A DNA stretch of 64,000 bases from Eledone cirrhosa (GCA_964016885.1 OZ024743.1:342302001-342366000); one strand, 5' to 3'. Shown: positions 18,064 to 31,945, counted from the stretch's first letter. Program-made: numbers and translations. Notes: generated by a model not told the origin, from the letters alone.

Positions 18064-20423
18064 ATGGAAAAACAATACTTGGGAACCTCTTTAAAGAATA
18101 TACCAATACCTTCTAAGGATGACTTCTTACTCCTTATGATACAGAAAACTAACCAATTTATCAGAAGAGTTAGATGGAGGGCCTACCACTTCGATAAAAA
18201 ATCTAAATATGCAGATAGGAAATATATGTATGATTTCAATACTTACAAGAATCCACCACACAACTCTCTACTTGAAGACTTTGAGAAAGACCTTTTTAAT
18301 TTAATTAAACACCTCAAATTTAAGAAGTATAAATCTGTCTTTCAAAAGGACCTTGATTCTACCCTATTGGACCTAAAAAAGTCTAAAAAAATCCATGTCC
18401 ACTCGGACAAAACTGGAAACTTGTATCACATGGATATTGAAGATTATAATGAGTTCATATATAAAGAACTCAGGAAAAATTATAAAAAATCTAATAATGC
18501 GTCACTCACCAACATCAACAACAAAACACACAACATAGTAAAAAAACTAAACATTGAAGATAGAACTGAACCTTTGGCATTGAAAAGACCACACTTCAAC
18601 CTGAAGGATCATAAATCAAACTTTAACTCAAATCCTTCTATAAGACTTATATGTCCCTCCAAATCTGATATTGGAATAATTAGCAAACAAATTTTGGATA
18701 GAGTCATCCCACAAATAAGAAAACACGTTAATTTACCACTCTGGGAAAACACTTCCCAGGTAATTAACTGGTTTAAAAATATTAGATGTAAATCTTCTGC
18801 TTCTTTTCTACAATTTGATATAGATAATTACTATTCTTCTATATCACCTATACTCCTGAACAAAGCTTTGATATTTGCTAAAAATAGATCTAACTTAACT
18901 TTGGATGACATTAATATTATTACACATGCTAGACTAACACTTATTGAATTTCAGAATGAATACTGGACCAGAAACACATATAGCAATCTATTTGATATTA
19001 CTATGGGTTCAAGCGATTCCGCCCAAATTACTGATCTTGTGGGCCTCTTTCTCCTTTTCAACATAAAACCTTAGCCTTTCAGAAATAGAAAAAAACAAAA
19101 AGCTTATTAGAACTTTCCTTAAAGACTATTATAGTCTTCATATTACTTTTGAAAACACAAGTAAAGTAGTTAATTTCCTAGATATAACTTTAGACTTACC
19201 AACCTTACCATAAACCCAACCAAAACTTACACTACATACACTCACAATCTAATCACCCTAAATCTATCCTTAAAAACCTTGCATATAATATATCACTTAG
19301 AATTTCTAACCTTTCGTCTAACCAAGATGTATTTGATAAAAATGCGACCTTCTATAACGAAGCTCTAGATAGAAGTGGCCACAAAAATAGATTCGAATAT
19401 ATACCTTCTACTAAAAATACTATAAACATACAACCTAATATTACCAACAAACACCAAATGAAAAGTACACACCTAAATGCCACCCACACTATACCCCAAA
19501 ATACCAACAACTCCTCTAATATAAAGTATAGTAACTCTCAAAATACTACTCATCATACAACTCTAATAAATGTTAATAATAAAACTCCTAATAAACAAGA
19601 TAAAACACCTAAATCTATAAATCTAACTAAAAATGTGCGTGGTGAGATCATTAACATTAATCCCCCTAGTAAACATCACGATACAACCTATAAAAATAAT
19701 AAACAACATAGAAACCGTAATAGACGAGTTACTTGGTATAATGCTCCATTTAATTTACAAATTAAGGATAATATTGCTAAAAAATGTTTTTATATCCTAG
19801 AGAAAAACTTCCCGCCAAACCACAAATACCATCAAATCTTAAATAGGTCAACAGTTAAATTCTCATACTCAACAACCAAAAACATAAAACAAAATATAAG
19901 TGCCTATAATGCATATAAATGTAAGAATACCATAAGTATACCACCAATACATCAAACTAACCATAATATCTCCTCAAATACAGAATTAACGAAAGGTTGT
20001 AACTGTAGAAACAAAGCAAACTGCCCATTAAAAGGAAATTGTCTTGTTAACAACATAGTTTATAAATGTAATGTTAAAACTAAAGATTCTATTTGCTCAT
20101 ATATAGGAGCTACTTCTAACAATTTTAAGGTAAGGTTTAATACCCACAAACATAGTTTTAAAAATGCCGCACTAGCTAATACAACATCTCTAGCAGAAAA
20201 AATCAATAGTTATAAAAATAAGAATATAGAATATGATATGACCTGGAGTGTGCTCAAAAGAGCCACCCCTTATCAAAATAATAGAAATGAATGTAGATTA
20301 TGTTCCCAAGAACTATTTGAAATAATGAAATCTAAGGATATCCTATTAAATAAGCGACAGAAATTAATTATATCGTGTAATCATAAACTAAGAAAAACAT
20401 TTAAATATTATAAACCTAATTAA
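18064..20423 (+). pseudogene. Naiad-like RT-GIY-YIG polyprotein, YxDD motif deleted
   Basis: Same protein as the left arm: the RT ORF translation is identical and the endonuclease ORF has 4 aa differences. Frameshifting deletions lie near 19068 and 19197. Confidence 0.9.
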
Positions 20424-20885
20424 TAATATAATTTTAGAAATTAATATATAATTTAATTTAAATGTTAGTTAACCTATAAATTTAATTAAATTAAAATTCT
20501 ACTACAGTTGAGATTATAAAATATTGTGTAATCATAAATTGTGAAAAACTTTTAAATATTATTAACATAATTAATATATACTTTGTAAATTAATTTATAG
20601 ATTAATTTTAGTTTATTTAACCTTTTATTAAAATTCCTTTACAGATAAAATATAACAAAATAGCGTGTAATCAATGACAGAGAAATATTTGTTAATATTA
20701 TAAACCTAATTAATGTACAATTTAGAAATATATTTATAATTTAATTTTAATTTAGTTAACCTAAAATTTTATTTTAATTAGCTTAAAATTAAAATTCTAA
20801 TACAGATGGATTGCAGAATATCATGTAATCATAAACTGAGAAAAATTTTAAATATATACCTAATTAATATATTCTTTACAATTAA

Positions 20886-20941
<56 letters not shown>

Positions 20942-21305
20942 TAATTTTTATTTTTTGTTAACCTATAATTATATTTTACTATAGATAAAATACAAAATCT
21001 GTTTTAATTATTATAAACCTAATTAACATATACTATAGAAATTAATATATAATTTTTAATTTAGTTAACCTATAATTTATATTCTACTACCGATGAAATA
21101 CTTGATTTGGTTTTTTTCCCTATTACTAAATTCATTTCCTAATATTGATACCATAATGTTAATATTTTTAATTTAGTTATGCTATAATTAATACTCTACT
21201 ACTGTTTAACTTCAAAATTCCTCTTCAAAGATTATAAACCTAAGTAGTATACACCTTAGAAATCAATATATTAACTATTTTTAATTTAGTTAACCTATAA
21301 TTAAT
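20377..21305 (+). repeat. degenerate ~140-155-bp tandem repeats derived from the ORF terminus, in the Naiad 3' UTR (mirror ~13270-14190)
   Basis: GTAATCATAAAC...TTATAAACCTAATTAA...TTAGTTAACCTA recurs near 20377, 20528, 20667 and 20826, with partial units near 21010 and 21232. Confidence 0.75.
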
Positions 21306-21575
21306 AGTCTACTTATATTAAAATGCATAATTTTGCTTTCTTTCTTACATTTCCTAATACTGAAACTACTATGTAAACACATATTATGATCTAGATGTAA
21401 TTTAATATTCTATGTTCCTTGAAACCTATATTTACTATAATCCCCCCCCCCCCTATAATTATTTGTATTTGTAAGCGTGGATGTACGTATGTATATGTAG
21501 GTAGGCATGTATGCTTGGGTGCTTGTATGTGAGTATAAAAATACATATGTGCGCATGTAAATAAGGGTGTATGAT

Positions 21576-21626
<51 letters not shown>

Positions 21627-21780
21627 ATATATATGTATGTATGTATATATATGTATATATGTATGTGTGTATATATATGTATATATATATATGTCTATGT
21701 GTATGTGTGTGTGTATATATATGCGTATGTGTGCGTGTATATGTGAGTATATATATATATATATTTGTAGTTGATGTGTG

Positions 21781-21825
<45 letters not shown>

Positions 21826-21891
21826 GTGCATAATTGTCTGACTGTGTGTATTTATTTATTTATTTATTTATTTATTTATTTTATATATATG

Positions 21892-21954
<63 letters not shown>

Positions 21955-21959
21955 GTGTA

Positions 21960-21998
<39 letters not shown>

Positions 21999-22017
21999 TT
22001 ATGTGTGTATATATATC

Positions 22018-22048
<31 letters not shown>

Positions 22049-22200
22049 GTGTGTATGTATATCTCTTTATTTATGTATTTCTGAGTTGTGTGACCGTGTA
22101 GTTGTATGTGTATATGCATACATGGATGTGTGTGTGTGTGTATATATGCGTATATGTATGTGTATGTGTGTGTGTGTATATATATGTGTATGTATGTATG

Positions 22201-22245
<45 letters not shown>

Positions 22246-23564
22246 GTGTGTATGTATATGTGTGTGTGTATGTGTGTGTATATATACATATATATGGGTA
22301 TGTATGTGTATATGTGTATGTACATGTGTGTGTGTATATATATATATATATGTGTGTGTTGTGAATATGTATATATATATATATGTGTGTATGTATATGT
22401 GTCTATGTATTTATATGTGTATATGTATGTGTCTCTGTATATATGTGTGTGTATATATATGTATATATATGTGTATATATATATATATGTGTGTGTATGT
22501 ATATATGTATATATATATATATCGATGTGTATTTTATATTTTACTTGTTTATATATATATATTTTTTTAATATTCTTCTTTTTATTTCTAAATTTATAGA
22601 TACATTTTTAAATAGGCAGTTTGTCTGACACCCGTAAATACTGACCGCCCCCACCTACTTTCTGTATCTGGATCTAAATATATGTGGCAGTGCTTATGTG
22701 CGCGCCTTAATGTCCATATGCTTATGATAATAATATATACACATATATGTGTGTGTGTGTGTGTGGGTGTGTGTGTGTGTGTATGTTCGTGGTTATGTGT
22801 ATGTTTATGCGTATATGCGCGTGTGTGTGTGAATGTATGTTTATGTGTATATATATGAATGTATATATGTTTATATACGTATATGTATTTTACCTGTAGA
22901 TTATAAACATACAGAGACATTAGCCCTGAATGTTTGTATTTACATACATTTTTTCGACATGCGTATGCATGTGAACATATATTTTTATGCATATCTGTGA
23001 ACGAAGTTACTTACATATATACACACACCTAACTGTATTTTCTGGATATATATATTTTTGTGTATTTCATTGGTCAATTTGAACTCTGTTCCCAAACAGA
23101 CCTGTAATTTTGAATTGTTGTTATTATCAATAAATATATTTCATTATTTCTGAAGACGGCATATATATGTGTTGGTATGTATATTAAATTTGATAGTTTG
23201 TATAATTTTGTATAATTTTGTACATAGATCTGTTGAATATGCATGCCAATTCTAACACATATATGTCCTAGAAACGATCGTTAAATAATGAACTTTTTTT
23301 GTTTAATATAAGGAACTGTTTCATTGTTTTATTCATTATTTTTTAAATATTTTATCTTGACTCTGTATTCCGTTTATCTTTCACCGAAAGTGATTTTTGA
23401 ATGCATCTCTTCTTTCCATGATATCCGGATTACATTGAGTTCTTCATACGGATTGGACACTACCGTAAACTCTTGGTAGATTTATCTACATATGTATATA
23501 TATATATGTGTGTATGTATATATATATATGTATATATATATACATGTGTATAGGTATATATATA

Positions 23565-23614
<50 letters not shown>

Positions 23615-24687
23615 TATGTATATATACATATATATATATATTTAGTTAAAAGAATAGAGGTGTAACACACAAGTTATTATATATTGGTAAACGGAATAGA
23701 AAATGCTGACAAATTGTTCAGTTGAAAAATGGTTTAATTAGGAATAAAATAGTATTAGTAATTGTATGGGTTAGTATTCAGTTGTGGTTTTAAGTTTTTA
23801 AGTTTTTACCGGTTGCGCATTTCTAAATGCTTTTCAAAAATAATTTTGAGATAGAGTGTCCGTGTTGTTTGCTCTGATCTGATTAGTTTTGGGAATTCTA
23901 CCTGTTTTTATGTTAAAAAAGTGGCTCCAGCGCTACTTGGTATTTGCAAAAATTCTTGTGGTGAAACAATTTTGATTGGTCGGTAGAGGTCATGTGAATG
24001 TAAAAAATTGATTTTGCGCCAAGACTGTTTTTATGTTAAAAAAGTGGCTCCAGCGCTACTTGGTATTTGCAAAAATTCTTGTGGTCAAAACAATTTTGAT
24101 TGGTCGGTAGAGGTCATGTGAATAAAAAATTGGTTTTGCGCCAAGATTGAGAAATGACTCTTTCACACCAAATATGTGTGTGTGTGTGTGTGTGTGTGTG
24201 TAGTAGTAGTAAGGTGTTCGATGTTGTGATAATGGTTAGCAGGGATGTGTGTCAAATGGCTATTAAGATAAGTGTGTGTGTGTGTGTATGTGTGTGTGTG
24301 TGTGTGTGTGTATAGCAGAGTAATTCGTGGTAGCAGGGATGGTTAGTAAGAATGTGTCTGTAAGCAATGGGAGGTATTTTAGCATGTCAAAAGATATTTT
24401 TCAGCTTTTGTCTTATACGGAGAAGTGCGTGTGTGTGTGTATAAGTCTCTTTGTATGTTAATGTACGCGTGTGTATGTGCGTGTGTATATATGTGTGTGT
24501 GTGTGTGTGAGAGAGAATGTGTGTGTGTGTGTGTGTGTGGGTGGACCAGTATTTTTTTCCCCCTGGTAAAATGGTGTACCTTACTCGATTTTTTCAGTAA
24601 AATCGGTTCTCTTAATAGAACATCAAAAATCTTAACAATAAAAGGTGTGAAATGATATTCACTATATATATATACACATACATATAT

Positions 24688-24753
<66 letters not shown>

Positions 24754-24822
24754 ATATATGTATGTGTATATATATATAGTGAATATCATTTCACACCTTT
24801 TATTGTTAAGATTTTTGATGTT

Positions 24823-25250
24823 GGAACCAAGCGGCACTTTTTTCCCAGCGTTGAAGGGATTTCAGTTCTTCTCTGTTGCAGTCCCCTTTCCATAATTTGG
24901 AGATCTTCTCTACCTTGGGGCCTTCAATTTTGTTGTTGACTTCCAGGAGGATCTCTTCATCGATGGTTTTGATTTTTTCCTCATTTGTCTGGGCCCTCAG
25001 TTTAAGAAGTTCAATTTCTGTCTTCATTTTTTCCAATGCCATTCTTTCCGTAAGGTGTCTTTGAGGTTCGAGTTCATTTGGAATGGACTTTATTTGTAGT
25101 TTACGGGGGAGAGTTAGAGGGGTTGAGTTAAGCCATTTTTCATATATCTCTGCTTTGTTGTGATTTTGTATCATCTTCCAGAATGAGAACTTTCTGTCTC
25201 TGAGGGATTTGTTCCATTTTGGAATTGTTCGAATTTTCATTTTGTATGAA
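24823..25250 (-). pseudogene. charged helical ORF fragment, probably a PLE N-terminal region
   Basis: MKIRTIPKWNKSLRDRKFSFWKMIQNHNKAEIYEKWL...; protein-like and positioned just inside the inverted pLTR. No catalytic motif is visible. Confidence 0.5.
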
Positions 25251-25526
25251 TCAATCTCACGACCAATCAAAATTGTTTTGACCACAATAATTTTTGCAAA
25301 CACCAAGTAGCGCTGGAGCCACTTTTTTAACATAAAAACAGCCTGGGCGCAAAATCAATTGTTTACATTCACATGACCTCTACCGACCAATCAAAATTGT
25401 TTTGACCACAAGAATTTTTGCAACACCAAAGTAGCGCTGGAGCCACTTTTTTAACATAAAAGCAGGTAGAATTCCCAAAACTAATCAGATCAGAGCAAAC
25501 AACACGGACACTCTATCTCAAAATTA

Positions 25527-25563
25527 TTTTTGAAAAGCATTTAGAAATGCGCAACCGGTAAAA
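25527..25563 (+). ncRNA. hammerhead-like motif, U3:A8 core with GCAA in place of GAAA; copies 23804-23840(-) and 42208-42244(+)
   Basis: ttt TTGAAAA gcatt-taga-aatgc GCAA ccgg TA aaa. Confidence 0.6.
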
Positions 25564-25681
25564 ACTTAAAAACTTAAAACCACAACTGAATACTAACCCA
25601 TACAATTACTAATACTATTTTATTCCTAATTAAACCATTTTTCAACTGTGAACAATTTGTCAGCATTTTCTATTCCGTTTA

Positions 25682-25743
<62 letters not shown>

Positions 25744-26556
25744 AAAGTTAAGCAAGGTTCAATGAATACATCAAAGAATGAGTTTTAAAATAGATTGGAA
25801 GCACTCAACAAATATGGTTTTCCAGAGTTATTAATATTAACAAAATAGATATTCTTGTTATCAATTATATTTTATTATACATATTTCAGAGGCACTGAGT
25901 TAAGTTCAACAGTACGTCCTCATCAGATAAAATAAGATGATGCGTGACATACCCTTACATAGTAGATGGTTAAGATTCAGTCATGGTAGTGATTAACTTA
26001 TGACAAAACTCAATATTTATACCCTAATATTGAGAACATGAGATAACATAATACAAACAATAGAGAGGGTGCGTGTAATAGAGCTTAAGAAATACATGGC
26101 ATCAATATAACAGTTATAAATGATTTTATTTTTAAAAACTACTGGAGAAAGAGAAGGGAAAGGAAAGCATAGAGGAAGAAACAGCTAATGTGATAATATA
26201 TTTAGTAGGTGGCTTGAAAAAACAGATGAAAGATGATTAAAGAGAGAGGGAGACAAAGGGGAGTAATTTATGTTCAAGTTTATATACAGATTTCCATATA
26301 TGCAACATATGTCCAAATTAATATAGTTGGCGGTTAATTTTCAAAATATTTAATTTAAGTTATTTCAAAGTAATGAATAATATGTTAGGTTTTAAAAGTT
26401 AATAGGTATTTGTATTAATATTATAATTATGTTTAATTTCTAAAATTCAAATTTTATGAAACAAATTTAAAGGATTTACGAAACACGAGAAAGAAAATAT
26501 ATATATAATGCTTTTATATCTTCACGAAGGTAATCTTTACCAAAATTATTTATAAT

Positions 26557-26676
26557 GTTGTTTCTACTTTAGGCACAAGGCCAGCAATTAACCAGTGCAT
26601 TACTGGTACTTTATTTTATCGACCCCGTAAGGATGAAAGACAATGTCAACCCATGCGGGATTTGAACTCAGATCGT
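26557..26676 (-). mobile_element. 5'-truncated SINE with 15-bp TSD
   Basis: Same SINE family; TSD AAAATTATTTATAAT at 26542-26556 and 26677-26691. Confidence 0.85.
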
Positions 26677-26873
26677 AAAATTATTTATAATATTGACAAC
26701 AGTTTATATAATATAATTTATAAAATAATTATAGTTATAATTATTAAAGAACTTATTGTTAAATAGTTTGAGTGCCTAAAGTATCAACCGGCCTTATAAC
26801 TAAACTTAAAGAGGTCCGAATTTTTAATTATATATATGTGTTGATAAAAAAATACAAAGATTATAGTTTATTA

Positions 26874-26980
26874 TTCCCGCCGAGGTTAACTTTGCCTTTC
26901 ATCCTTACGGGGTCGATAAAATAAAGTACCAGTAATGCACTGGGTAATTGCTGGCCTTGTGCCAAAAGTAGAAACAATTA
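26874..26980 (+). mobile_element. 5'-truncated SINE
   Basis: CCCGCCGAGGTTAACTTTGCC...AGTAGAAACAATTATT. Confidence 0.85.
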
Positions 26981-28288
26981 TTTGTTTATAACTGAGGTGA
27001 TACCTTTCAAATATATATAATATAATACAATAATGTAATAATGCAATATAGTAAATAAGTTACTGAAAATATTGTTCAAAAATATATATAGTTAAAAAAT
27101 ATTGTTAAAAATATTGCTAAAGAATTAATGTTTTATATCAATTATTTTGATTTAGTTGATATATATTATAAAGATATAAGTCAAAACTATATGAGTCCTA
27201 ATGATAGGGGCTAGATACAAAATAAATATACAAATAAAAGAAAATGAATTGTTTGCGAAACTTAAAGATGCCCAATATTAAAAATATATTATAAATGCAA
27301 TAGGGTTTTAATATAGTATACAAAAGATACATCTAAAATATTTTGGCTAATGTGATATAAAGAGGAGCTAAATATTTGAAAAAGCCGAAGGTAATCTAAA
27401 TTTAATTAAAGTAAAATAAAATAAAGTAAAATAAGTTAAATTAAATTATATTATATTAAGTAAATCATTATATAAGTTCGACCTTCCAAGGAATGTCAAA
27501 CACTTATAACAATATATAGTCATTTGAGTGTCTAAATTATTTATAAATGTAACTACGATTATGTTATTACACTAGATAAAGATATTTGTACAACTATATA
27601 GAGATATTATTATAGGTATTAATGAAACGGTATACATTTAATAAAAAATGATAATTATAATCATTATTAGTAATGCTATAATTGTAGTTTTACCTCCAGT
27701 TCAGTGGAGAGATTGACCAATATTTGTCGGCTATTATGGTTTGTTATATTTATACCTAGATATATATAAAAAATAAATGCAAATCTAACTTTCTGAGTCC
27801 CCCAAAACATACTCAAAATGGGTAAAATATATAAAATATGTAAACGCATGAATGATCCACAGTTCAATTATAATCAGTAAAATTACAAGTTAAATATCCA
27901 AACTATATATTTAAAACAGAGACAGATAAATAAAGATCTGAATCAAAATTATAAATATCCAAAAAATCATAAGGTATGTATATTTATCAAGTAAACAAGT
28001 TATCAAACGAGTGTCCTTCATTCTAACATTAATTCTATCATAAATCATTAGAAGATAAAGAATTATTAAAGTTTTATAAACCGTATGACTTTTTATGCCC
28101 AACAGTTGATAAGAGACGTCTAAAATCAGGCCTGATTATTTACGGTTTTTTCCTGACTTTTTGCGAGGCTTGAAATGTAATTATTAATAGGGTCTCCTTT
28201 GTGCAGAGGTCGCAGTTAATTGATATAGATGAGTTGGTATATATTTTACTATTACAAAGCTTACAAAGGGGTATGTCATGCATCATCT

Positions 28289-28355
28289 TATTTTATCTGA
28301 TGAGGACGTACTGGTGAACTTAACTCAGTACCTCTGAAATATGTATAATAAAATA
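28289..28355 (+). ncRNA. type I hammerhead (family F); copies 25870-25932(-) and 51114-51176(+)
   Basis: tattttat CTGATGA ggacgtactg-loop-cagtacctct GAAA tatgta TA ataaaata. Confidence 0.8.
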
Positions 28356-28399
28356 TAATTGATCACAAGAATATCTATTTTGTTAATATTTTGAATTAA

Positions 28400-28460
<61 letters not shown>

Positions 28461-28465
<5 letters not shown>

Positions 28466-30082
28466 AAAATGGAACGGGAACAAAACGGAGAGGCAGTACA
28501 AACAAAAGTTTATTAGTTTCACGCTCTTGAGAGTGGGGTGGTGGTGGGGAACGACGTTTCGGGCATAAGCCCTTCTTCAGGCGAAAAGTGTGTGGGAAGA
28601 GAGATTCAAGGGTGTGTAGGGGAGTGGGGGAGAGACATTTAGAAAAAAAGGGGGTGAGAGGAAACGGTGTATGGGGTACAAATGAAAATAAATAGACAAA
28701 CATAATAAAAATAGAAATAAACATGAAGATAAACAAGTGGTGGAAGGGTGTGGGGTGGTTATGGGTGGTGTCGGATGGAGTGGGGAGAGGGAGGCGGGGT
28801 GTCCGAGCGGGGAGGGCTGAAGGTGGTGTGTGTGTGTAGGAGTACGTGTGTGTGTGTGTATGTGAATGTGAGAGTTGGGGGGAGAACGGGGTTCCGTGTT
28901 CAGAAAAAGGTGTGTGTGGGGTGGGGTGTAGGTCGGTACGTGTGCGTGTGCGTGTGTGGATGGGGAGGGATGGGGAGGCTGAGTGTGTAAATATGTGGGG
29001 GTACGCACGTGTGTGTGGTGTTTATACGTATTGTGGATGTAGGTGGCGTGTGGGAAAAACATTTTTTTTTAGTGTATGTCCGTGGGTAAGTTCCTAAGGT
29101 AGTTCCGTAAAGGGTGTGGTGGGAGGCCGGATATTTTCCTAGTGATGGAGTTGATTCGTGGGAGCGATGTCCAATGAGTGTAATCCGTGGTTGCGTTGGT
29201 CGGAAGAGGGGAGATGTGGGGTGCGCGCGCAACAGAAAGTGGTCACAGGTTCAAGGCAGGAGTAGGGTTGTGTGTCTGTGTGTGCGGAGGGGTGGTCACA
29301 GGGTCAGGGCATAGCAGCAGTAGGGGAGTATAGCAGGTGGAAAAAGTCGTGTGTCAGTGTGTGCGGAGGTGTGCTGGACAGGGGAGAGAATGGGTAGGTG
29401 TGAAAGGTGGAGCGGGGAGTGGGGGGTATTAGTAGAGATGTTAGTGGGATGTGTGTGTGTGTGAAGGGGTGTGGGTGGAGCTGCGATAGGGAGAGAAAGG
29501 TATGGGGGACGGTGGAGGGAGTGTAGTGCACTGGTGTGTGTGTGCGTGTTTGGATAACCGTGTGTGTGGTGAAGGGGATGTTAGTGGTTGTTAGTATACT
29601 GGTGGTGGGGAAAGGGTTGCATGCTGGTGTGTTAGTGGGTGGTCAGTGGTGGTAGGGTGTGAGGAGTGGGTGGTGTAAGGGTGTGTGTGTGTTCGTGTGG
29701 TGGGGTCGGGGGATGTTAGTGGTATTAGTTGTGGGGTGGTGGGAGTGGATGTGTGGGAGACGGTTAGTGGTGGTAGTAGGGTGTGTGGTTAGTGTGAGTG
29801 CGTGTATATATGTACCGGTGGGTGTATGGGTGATAGGGGGAGTTGCGGGGGGAGAGGAAGGGGGGAACAAGGATGTTAGTATTGTTAGTTGGGGGAGAGT
29901 GGTCGGGGTGGGGTTGGGGTATCAGTATTGTTAGTTTGGGTGGGCGGTGAAAAGGAGGAGTGTGTTAGACGGTGTTAGTCGGGGATATGTGTGTGGGGGT
30001 GGGTGGGGCAGGGCGTTCGAAGGTTAAATGAATAGGGGTGGGGGAGCTCAGGCCGGGGGGAGTGTGGGTCTGTAGGGTGATA
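28461..30082 (-). mobile_element. strand-skewed (C/A-rich on minus) retroelement 3' remnant ending in a minimal hammerhead
   Basis: G/T-rich block bounded by (TA)n, with an HHR motif near its left end. No clear ORF. Confidence 0.45.
28550..28583 (-). ncRNA. minimal hammerhead motif
   Basis: Minus strand: cgc CTGAAGA a gggc-ttat-gccc GAAA cg TC gtt; stem I is only about 2 bp. Confidence 0.6.
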
Positions 30083-30122
30083 TATATGTGTGTGTGTGTG
30101 TATATATGAATATATATATATA

Positions 30123-30168
<46 letters not shown>

Positions 30169-30792
30169 ACAGATTCACATCCGATTTTCGAAGGCTGTCA
30201 CAAAGCACTCGATGAGACGTTATTTAATAAATTATTCCTGAGAGTGAACAAAATAAGTTAGGTAATAGTGACACAATGAACACTGCGACCAGAGGCATGT
30301 TGGCACATTGATACTACAACGAAAGATACTGACAAGTTAAAGACGAAGCTGGACCTGATCGATAGATATTAATCGATAAATATCTTCGATGGGTTTCTGT
30401 GATGTGGAGGGTAACACTCCAAGTTGCGTAATCTATATGCAAGAGTCAGTAATGTATCCGAAGATGGAACGGAGATTTCCCTTCGTCAGCAGGTCTTTCG
30501 TTCCAAGTATCAACTCTCCTCGGGCCCTGAGACAACATTGACTTTCAACTTTAGTAGTAAATTTGGCAGTGAGGTCACGTCTTCTTACTCAAAAAAGAGG
30601 AATATCATATCCGGGTTTTCGTTGGTACATTTAAAATTATGATTTATTCTCAGCCTCGATTTAGGCTCTCAACTAGGTTTATTGGGTCACTTCTGTCCTT
30701 GCTAAAGTAAGGGATACAGCTAATTTTGTTGTTGTCGCTAGTGTGTAAAATTTGTTTTTATCTCTACTTCCCTTTAGTGTTGAAAACAATTA

Positions 30793-31215
30793 TTATGTTG
30801 CAAGTAAGTTCAAACTTGATTCGAATTTTCTGATAAACATTTTCTCTTTATTGATTCGACCTTCTTCTGTGATTTCATAATTACATTTGTACAATGGGAC
30901 AAAACCGAAATTTGGTAACGTTTTTGCTCCGCATTCTTTTATATGTTTGCTTTGGGGGATCTTTCCATTATACAGAGATCTGATTTTCTGCCTATGAAAT
31001 GTCATTCTATGTCGCAGTGTCAGCTCCGTTTGTCTTATATCGCGTTCGTGGCAACCTCGGCAGGTTATGACAGACATTCAGTTTTCTGATTTGCACGAAG
31101 AGTTATTCTTAATTTTGAAGTTGGGTCCGTCTTTGAAGTGAAATTCATAGTCTTCTAACAGATAGTTTTACATTCCGCAATGGAGAAGGTTGCATCATTT
31201 CACACGAGGTTCTGA
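30793..31215 (-). pseudogene. decayed Neptune-like GIY-YIG fragment
   Basis: ITCRGCHERDIRQTELTLRHRMTFHRQKIR...RINKEKMFIRKFESSLN aligns by eye with the C-terminus of ORF 6886-8031. Confidence 0.85.
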
Positions 31216-31220
31216 AAATG

Positions 31221-31288
<68 letters not shown>

Positions 31289-31370
31289 TCATCACGTAGC
31301 CAAAATAAAGAATATTTTAACTTCACTTCTGTATTGGGTACACATTTTCACATCAATCAACATCATATGG

Positions 31371-31945
<575 letters not shown>

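Larger units (their letters stand above)
23645..25686 (-). mobile_element. internally deleted PLE (family 3): inverted pLTR 25260-25686, ORF fragment, sense pLTR 24580-23645
   Basis: The arms are reverse complements, a solo copy lies at 41592-42367, and a 122-bp tandem duplication lies at 23902-24146. Confidence 0.75.
25741..28403 (-). mobile_element. Naiad-like PLE 3' end (family F) with short inverted pLTR at 28270-28403
   Basis: The minus strand near 28180-28250 translates INCDLCTKETLLII (Naiad C-terminal CxxC-x-E). It is the reverse complement of 49208-51320 and carries an HHR. Confidence 0.75.

Noticed and set aside
20377-21305. Spaced repeats as a possible CRISPR-like array
   Set aside because: The units are degenerate along their whole length, there are no unique spacers or cas genes, and the context is a eukaryotic retroelement UTR.
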